A DNA stretch of 7,479 bases from assembly GCA_001179505.1 (NCBI GenBank), contig CDMY01000978.1, forward strand, positions 1 through 7,479, in the 5' to 3' direction. Position numbers and translations under genes: made by a program. This stretch comes from Vitrella brassicaformis CCMP3155 (Eukaryota > Protista > Chromerida). Position 1 is the first letter of the stretch. Each line of letters begins with the position of its first letter. Shown here one piece after another: positions 1 to 6,414 of this stretch. Under the pieces are notes generated by a model. The model was given only the letters and a program-made list of their open reading frames with translations, was not told the DNA's origin and ran no database searches.

Positions 1-243
1 CGCACTGGGACCTTCATTATATACGCACACTCCAAGTCCAAACGTGCATGCACAGGGGTGCGCACACAGACATTCATCATATGCACTCTCCAGGTTGATA
101 CGTGCATGCGCAGGTGTGCGCACAACAACATTTATCATATACACACACCCCAAGTCCAAGCCTGCATGCGGGGTGCGCACACAGACATTCATCAGATACA
201 CACACTTCAAGTCCGAGGTGCATGCGCAGGTGTGCGCATGCAG
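1..243 (+). repeat. Diverged array (~4 units) of a ~60-bp minisatellite, same family and orientation as 5457-6137; may continue left of the window
   Basis: Recurring CACACAGACATTCATCATATACAC..CTCCAAGTC and CGTGCATGCGCAGG(G/T)GTGCGCAC at about 60-nt spacing. More substitutions between units than in the right-hand array. Confidence 0.9.
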
Positions 244-465
244 ACTTGCAGGACAAATGCAGCTACAGGCATGCATCTGGGTTGCCTTACTTGGCGATGG
301 TTCGGAAGGTGATCATCGTTGAGGTCTCGCCCTCGATGGCACTCAGCTCACTCATCAACCCCCCGTCCTTCGCGATGGAAAGATGTGGCACAAGTGCAGG
401 CCGCTTGACCAGCTCTGCGTACCAGCAACAACACACACGAAATGGAACACACGAAATGGACTCGC

Positions 466-790
466 CTGTGCTCGTCCCTCACGTTTTGTCTGCACGTATA
501 GGCTGTTGGGTCTTCGAGAAACACCAGCTGCTCCTTCAGGTACACACTGCCCCTCTCGCGCTCGTCCTTGGAGCCTGACAAACGACACAGCCAACAAACG
601 ACACAGCCAACAATGCGTCAGGGCAAGCATCGCGGGTTGTGGCTCAGCGCACCAGAAAAGAAGACACATGAGCCGATGATCGTCACGTGCGAGCACCCTG
701 ATGCCCGCTGGAGATTGAGCAGGCGATCGCCAGCAGAGCCGAACAGTGGCAACACCAAACAGACCGGGATGCTCACGGAATCGACGCAAA
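466..790 (-). other. KH domain (best-preserved copy)
   Basis: VSIPVCLVLPLFGSAGDRLLNLQRASGCSHVTIIG + SKDERERGSVYLKEQL follows the type I KH layout, with GxxG loop GSAG at 740-729. Weaker KH-like segments occur at ~1440-1220 (IEAIFNVTLEVT...WRLHGPLERVTIAQRYI), ~1060-870 (LVIFGCKSARVCCELQV) and 414-291 (LSAIEGETSTMITF). Confidence 0.65.
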
Positions 791-904
791 AGGCGTCATC
801 CTGCAGCACATTGACGTCCTTCTTGAGCCAGTCAACACATGCGCCTGGACTCTTCCTATCCACCAGATGCTGCACTTGCAGCTCGCAACACACCCGAGCC
901 GACC

Positions 905-975
905 TGAACGGACGAACGAACGAACGAACGAAACACACACACACAAACACACACACACACAGAGAGAGAGAGAGA
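905..975. repeat. Compound microsatellite (CGAA)n-(AC)n-(AG)n inside intron 904-1026
   Basis: Directly visible: gacgaacgaacgaacgaacgaa-acacacacacacaaacacacacacacac-agagagagagagag. Confidence 0.95.
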
Positions 976-1308
976 TATGAAGCCAGCAGGGTCACTTGGT
1001 TTTGCTGTCTAGCTCCCCCGGCTCACTTGCAGCCGAAGATGACCAAGGATAGCGTCGTCCCAGGCGTCAACCGCAGAGTGAGACACGGAAGACATTCTGA
1101 GTCTTGGACCAGTTGATGTGCTCCACTGCTGTCTTTGTCAGATGTAGGAGAGTGACGTGCGGGTCGTTCTCGAGCTCTTGCAGCAAATCCTGCGGGCAGG
1201 TGTCAGGCTGGGCGACCTTCGACTCACAGTAGATGTAGCGCTGAGCGATCGTGACCCTCTCAAGTGGGCCATGTAGGCGCCATTGCGATTGGCTCCCCAA
1301 CACAGGCT

Positions 1309-1340
1309 CTGATGGGGGACCAAACACGCACACACATTAC
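1309..1340 (-). other. 32-nt GT-AG intron
   Basis: GTAATGTGTGTGCGTGTTTGGTCCCCCATCAG. Removing it (phase 1) joins ...EDQV to KPVLGSQSQWRLHGPLE..., linking the 1138..1557 and 1067..1333 ORF frames. Confidence 0.7.
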
Positions 1341-1611
1341 TGACTTGATCTTCGTCTGCTCGGTTTTCTTCCTGACCTGTCACTTCGAGCGTCACATTGA
1401 ATATGGCTTCTATGCTCCTCTGCTCCTTTTCCGTCACAACGAACGCCACGTCAGCACTCACGGGTGTGTATTCGGTGCTGGTCATCTCCCCGAAGGATGT
1501 GGCAGATCGCGCGTCCAAACGCTGCATGCCTGGCCTGATGGACACAGTGACAGACAAAGGATGTTTGCGTGGCCGATTGCAGATGATGTTGGTGCCTTAC
1601 AGCTCCTCAAA

Positions 1612-1665
1612 GTGGTTCTTGCGACACCTTTGGCCATGCGGGCAGAAACTGAAGCGCCAGTCACA
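1612..1665 (-). other. CCCH zinc finger 2
   Basis: C-DWRFSF-C-PHGQR-C-RKN-H = C-x6-C-x5-C-x3-H. It lies in frame with the preceding exon sequence, after an internal TAG. Confidence 0.6.
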
Positions 1666-1963
1666 TGTGTTCTGCTCAAACGTCACTGGACGAAAGGGAA
1701 CGGATGCAAAACTTCTGTACGGAGGCGTTGGATGGCACACGTCCCTCTATCTACGTGCGGGTGCTGCATTGCCTTGCGAAGGTGTCGATCGGCCGTTTGT
1801 GGACACGGCAGAAGGGCTCATGCCGCCGGATGTCAACTCGCTATCCAGCTTCATAGTAACGTATTGAACTGCACGCCACAATACAGACAGACAACGCAAG
1901 TGAGCAAGCACTTGGCAAGGACAGGTAAACCAACTCATACTTTTTGGCTCGAGTTCGTGTTCC

Positions 1964-2119
1964 GTGTGCGAACTTGCAGAAGGCACCAGCTGGACACCTA
2001 CCCCGATGACGAAACAACCATCAAGACAGAACACACCACACCATTAAATCGACCTTGACACAAGCCATCACACGCACCTGGGGCCCCATGTAGTCTGAAC
2101 AGAACGCTGTCTTGTAGTA
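1964..2119 (-). other. CCCH zinc finger 1, split by an intron (2003-2077)
   Basis: Spliced YYKTAF-C-SDYMGPQ|GR-C-PAGAF-C-KFA-H-G gives C-x9-C-x5-C-x3-H, with the YKT lead-in and FAHG ending typical of TTP/Tis11-type fingers. Requires the acceptor CATCGG to be a mutated CATCAG. Confidence 0.75.
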
Positions 2120-2304
2120 TGGGTTCCTCCTTCGTGCGGTCTGCCCCTCATCCGTACTGGTGGTGGCCGCCACACTAGCAGTCCCGCTCGCAAACTGGCG
2201 ACCATGCGAGCTCTCTATCTTGACTGTCACATGCTCGCCTGCCCAGCCCAACGAACACACACAATGGCGGGCCAGCGAGGCGGTTCCTCTTCTCCGCATC
2301 TCAC

Positions 2305-2922
2305 CTTCCTTAAAATCCGCTAGTGGTAGGCCGGCATGAAGGCGACGTTCTCGACGACAGCGGACGCACCCTCATAGCGGTGGTCCCTCGTCGACCCATC
2401 CCTGTCGGTGTCCTGCACGCTGTTCTGTGACGATGTGCCAGCTGTTGACGTGGGACATGCCGTGCTCATAAGGTGCAGCACAGTAAACAGCCATTCGCAC
2501 CTCTCCGCTGCCTCACCGATCCTCCCAAGTGCGTCGAGGAGGTCTGCATGGATAACCAATGACTCCACGAGCAGCAGCAGCTCAGCTGGCAGCACGCGGG
2601 CAGACGAATGAGTGGCGTCGGCCGTCTGTTGATCTGGTCGCTCGGTATCGCTCAGCTCTTTCTCCAGTGCCGCCATCTGCTCTGTCCATTGTGCTTGATC
2701 TTCTTGTCCCATTTCTCGCAGTGGTTTGATGTGCTGAATGGCCTCCGAGAAGGTCTTGCATCGCAGCCGCGCCTTGACGATAATGCACACAAGCCCTCGA
2801 CGACGGAGACGAAGCAAAGCAGCATCAGCAGAGTCAGGTGAAGCATTCAGCTGCTCGATTGCCGCCTGTGCTGCTGCCACAGCCTCTTCGTACTTGCCCC
2901 GCCGAAGCAGAGCCTCAGCCAT
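2305..2922 (-). other. Exon encoding an alpha-helical, TPR-like segment
   Basis: MAEALLRRGKYEEAVAAAQAAIEQ and LVIHADLLDALGRIGEAAERCEW resemble TPR helix pairs (A..L...G.Y.EA). Pattern recognition only, no profile search. Confidence 0.5.
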
Positions 2923-3463
2923 CTCGGGAGGACGTGCAAGCTCAGCTCGCAGGTGATGGTCCGGGGATTGAACTTATCGCAGGGAGGACGTTTCACCATC
3001 TATGGTGGCTTACATGCACCGAGCTGTCATCACGAGCGACAAGAAGGGTGGTTCATGCATGCACGAAAGACATCTTAGGTATTCCTCCCATCACACGTCA
3101 GCCCGACGCATGTTTCCGACAGGCCGTATTGGCAGGATACACACACGTTAAGCAATGTCATGCACTTCTCAGACAGACATGTTATGCAGTTTCGTCACTA
3201 CCGCACGACATCTTAGGGAGAAAGGCAAGACTAGACATGCACATGACAGGGAATGCACATGACAGGGACACACAGAACCACATGGATAAGGACTCCATAC
3301 ATACGTAAGCAACAAGAACCCCAAGTCACGCAGGCTAATCAGATTAGTCACGTGCAGACATACAGATAAACTTACTGCGCACACGCGCATACATGCATAC
3401 ATACACGCAAGCCCTCTTGGACACGAGACTAGTGACACATTGTCTAGAAGACGCTTTTGTTAT

Positions 3464-4199
3464 CTAGAAACAAATGTTCCATCCTCTTTGCCTGAACTTG
3501 TCCTGCCTCTGCTGGTGGAACGAGGCATGGTTGATGACGCGCACGCTGCAGTATGTGCGCCACGACTCGTTGCACCGACCCGCAGAGCTCCACTAGGCGC
3601 TCAGGGGGCGATGAATGCTTGAGGGCCAGCTTCCCATCGCTTCCCAGCATTAGCGCATTCACGTCCGTATCCGGCACAGGCGTCTTCTCTCGCCTGACAC
3701 CAACCAGCCAACCACACTTCGCACGATGAAAGGAATGATTGAGAGAAGATCTGCTTGTGACGTACCAGCTGGCCACATCCACCAACTCGACTTGCAGCCG
3801 TGTCTGATTGTCCGCGCCAGCAACGATTGTAAGAACCTGATACGCGGCAAGGTTTCCTCCCTTATCCATCTGTCACAGAGGGAGATTCTGCGTACCTCCA
3901 ATTTCGACCGAGTCTCACGGTACACCTGCTTGAACACACCGGACTCTTTCCCCCACTCGACAACGCGGTCTGTCGGAAAGGAAAGAAACAACACAGTGAC
4001 AACAACGCGGTCGTAGTGGTAGCTGATACGTACCCCATTCTCGTCTGGCTTCAGCCATGTTTGGCAGCGGAGGCGACAGCTGAGGGCGAGGCGGCTTGCC
4101 GTGTTGAGAATCGAAACCTACGTCCAGGTGCATCTCCCCGTGCACGTCCCCCCTGATGAAAAAGTCGCGCAAATAGCCTCCGTAAATGAATAGCTGCGT
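3464..4199 (-). other. Pol-beta-fold nucleotidyltransferase domain over four exons
   Basis: LFIYGGYLRDFFIRGDVHGEMHLDVGF matches class II motif A (hhGGxxRD...DxD). RLQVELVD is a candidate third-carboxylate strand. PDTDVNALML resembles RDFTINAh. The domain ends ...RQDKFRQRGWNICF* after correcting one frameshift. Confidence 0.75.
3870..3895 (-). other. 26-nt GT-AG intron
   Basis: GTACGCAGAATCTCCCTCTGTGACAG. Its length is not a multiple of 3, and removal is needed to join ...RSKLE to MDKGGNLAAYQVL... within the NTase domain. Confidence 0.7.
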
Positions 4200-5456
4200 C
4201 TGATGGACACATACATTTACACGTGACCGACTGCCCTTTACTGGTCTGCATATGTGTGCAGTATCTGTCATACGTACGTGGTGGGTCACAAAGTGGGCGA
4301 TGCTCCACACTGAAGCAGACACGCGGGAGTCAGACGCGATCGAAGCCGAGTCGCGGCCGGAGTCCGCAAGCACGCTCTGTCTGTATCCGTAGCCGGAATC
4401 AGACGACTGGACCGCCGCAGCGATGGAAGCCTCAGCAGCCTGGATCGAGAGCGCGGGCGGCTCCTCGTCGACGCCACCAGTCAGTCTGGCCATCAGGTAC
4501 TTGGCTCGCCGGTCGAGGAAGGGGAAAATCAAAGCCAGGCAGCAGAAGCCGATCTCTTTCTGCTTCTTCCAGACCTTCGTGGTGCTCTTGACGTCGATAG
4601 AGAGGTGCTTGAAGGTCTGCTCCAGCATGTCGGTGACTTTCTCCTTGAGGTCATTCATCAACCCGTCAATCTGGTCCTTTTCCAGACGGATGGACGGCAG
4701 GGGAATGCTCCCCTCCTGAATGCCGAGAGACTCGAGGTCTTTGCTGATCCGCTCAGTCAGACGGGCGATGTGACGCTCGGGGGCAGTGACGACGAAAACG
4801 GTGAGCGGCTTTGCCTTCTGCCCACTGGCCGCTGCTGCGTTGCCGTCTTGCGGCCTTGCTGTCCTGGTGATGCGAGTGAAGGCGAAGTCTCGTTCGATCA
4901 GCGGGCGCTTGAGCTTGTCGAAGATGAGAGATTTCGATTTCGGCCCGTCCACCTGCGACTCGAAACTGCCCGATTTGTGCTGCTGTCGGAAGTCGAGTGC
5001 CTCTTGCACTCGGGCCACCACTTCCCGTCACGCGAGGCCTCCTCAATCCACTCCTGCTCCACCGGCACAAGCCCGCTGACGATCGCACAATCCATATCCC
5101 GACGCCTGCCCATCGACGTGTACACCAGCAGCTGACTTTGACTCGCTGCCGTCGGCACCATGACCTTCAGATTGGCATCTCGAGGCCGCAAAAGCACGGC
5201 CTCACACTTGCTTCCACTGCCGCCACTCGATTACGACAGCGGATAGCACGCCTGGTCCGTGAATCCCTTGCAGAAAGCCCGCCCAAGTGCTGAGATCCGG
5301 CTGACGTCGTTGGGACTGGCACGCCCCACTCTTTCTCCACGCTCTTCGTGAGTTTCAGCACCTCGACCTCGAGCTCAGCCATCGCCGCACCGAATCTGTT
5401 GTACTCCCCCTCACTCATCTCGTTTTGCTCATAACGTTCATAGAGGGCAAGGAGCT

Positions 5457-6137
5457 TTGCGCAGGTGTGCGCACACAGACATTCATCATATACACGCACT
5501 CCAAGTCCACACGTGCATACGCAGCTTTGCACACAGAGACATTGATCATACACACACATTCCAAGTCCACACGCACTCCAAGTCCACACGTGCATGCGCA
5601 GCTTTGCGCACAGAGACACATTCATCATATACACACATTCCAAGTCCACACGTACATGCACACGTGCATGCGCAGGGGTGCGCACACAGACATTCATCGT
5701 ATACACCTCCAAGTCCACACCTGCATGCGCAGCTTTGCGCACACAGACATTCATCATATACACGCACTCCAAGTCCACACGTGCATGCGCAGCTTTGCGG
5801 ACAGAGACATTCATCATATACACACATTCCAAGTCCACACGCACTCCAAGTCCACACGTGCATCTGCAGCTTTGCGCACAGAGACTCATTCATCATATAC
5901 ACACATTCCAAGTCCACACGTGCACGCACACGTGCATGCGCAGGGGTGCGCACACAGACACCCATCATATACACGCACTCCAAGTCCACACGTGCATGCG
6001 CAGCTTTGCGCACAGAGACTCATTCATCATATACACACATTCCAAGTCAGACATTGATCATATACACGCACTCCAAGTTAGACATTCATCATATATACAC
6101 ACTCCAAGTCCACACGTGCATGCGTAGGGGTGCGCAC
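5457..6137 (+). repeat. 60-bp minisatellite array (~11 units and sub-units) with a 268-bp higher-order repeat
   Basis: Unit: CACACGTGCATGCGCAGCTTTGCGCACACAGACATTCATCATATACACGCACTCCAAGTC; printed lines 5701 and 5761 align in register. A 17-nt sub-unit CACACGCACTCCAAGTC starts at 5568 and 5836, 268 nt apart. Confidence 0.95.
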
Positions 6138-6158
6138 ATGATGAATGACAAACAAAAA
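5457..6158 (+). mobile_element. 702-bp minisatellite-composed insertion with a TSD-like repeat and an A-rich tail (candidate non-autonomous retroposed element)
   Basis: Flanked by GCAAGGAGCT (5447-5456) and GCAATGAGCT (6159-6168), 9/10 identical. Ends in ATGATGAATGACAAACAAAAA and has no terminal inverted repeats. Removing it with one repeat copy restores the minus-strand acceptor TTATTTGTCAG followed by in-frame CTC CTT GCC CTC TAT GAA. Confidence 0.65.
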
Positions 6159-6166
6159 GCAATGAG

Positions 6167-6414
6167 CTGACAAATAATTACCATAAAAAATCCACCCGAC
6201 AGACATAGAAGAAATGGACAAAGCGCCGCCTTGGCTGCCTGTCTCACTCATCGCCTGGCTGTCGTATCTAATTCTTACGGCTAACAGAGCATTCTGGCCG
6301 GTCCATTGTCCGTTGAGGAGACAAATCACCAGACATTACCCGCCCACACACACAGAGGCCACCCCGACGTACGTACAACAAATCACTGTAAACCTACAGC
6401 TCAATGCAGCATAC
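6167..6414 (-). other. Predicted 248-nt phase-0 intron of gene 1
   Basis: Donor GCG|GTATGC, a TG-rich body and acceptor TTATTTGTCAG. The phase matches the exon resuming at 5454. Confidence 0.55.

Larger units (their letters stand above)
291..2922 (-). pseudogene. Disabled multi-exon gene for a TPR-like / 2x CCCH zinc finger / multi-KH RNA-binding protein
   Basis: Hand-spliced exons (minus strand): 2922-2305, 2238-2078, 2002-1941, 1868-1601, 1534-1341, 1308-1027, 903-~668, 574-466, 414-291. Most have GT-AG boundaries with matching phases. Lesions: frameshifts ~2333, ~1960, ~1085 and probably ~470; in-frame TAG 1749-1747; acceptor AG>GG at 2004-2003. The start codon and the 3' end are uncertain. 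Confidence 0.75.

Noticed and set aside
3425-3470. Clustered CTAG motifs as a Helitron 3' end
   Set aside because: There is no GC-rich subterminal hairpin and no matching 5' TC end. One CTAG is simply the gene 1 stop codon context.
3960-4012. 11-nt direct repeat ACAACGCGGTC shared by an intron and the next exon start
   Set aside because: It is too short and isolated to support a TSD or an intron-gain event.
1264-5293. Plus-strand ORFs such as 1264..2058, 1397..1867, 2838..3308, 4423..4719 and 4605..5135
   Set aside because: These are antisense shadows of GC-rich minus-strand exons or run through intronic/intergenic DNA. They have no recognisable domains or plus-strand splice structure.
5003-5329. 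Two 29-nt GT-AG segments (5329-5301 and 5031-5003) that would repair the frameshifts as tiny introns
   Set aside because: The donors are weak (GTGGGG, GTGACG), the bodies are purine-rich and coding-like, and they translate sensibly in the downstream frame (VGRASPNDVS; REVVARVQ). An in-frame TAA at 5233 and other lesions remain regardless. Not fully excluded given the 26- and 32-nt introns.
5457-6137. CRISPR array
   Set aside because: The whole unit is repeated with no unique spacers, there are no cas genes, and the context is an intron-containing eukaryote.
5425-6170. Long His/Thr/Cys-rich ORFs on both strands (also 44-578), including the in-frame fusion 5167..5889
   Set aside because: They are translations of a 60-nt (20-codon) repeat that is stop-poor in most frames. 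They are open in several frames at once, with no independent sign of coding.
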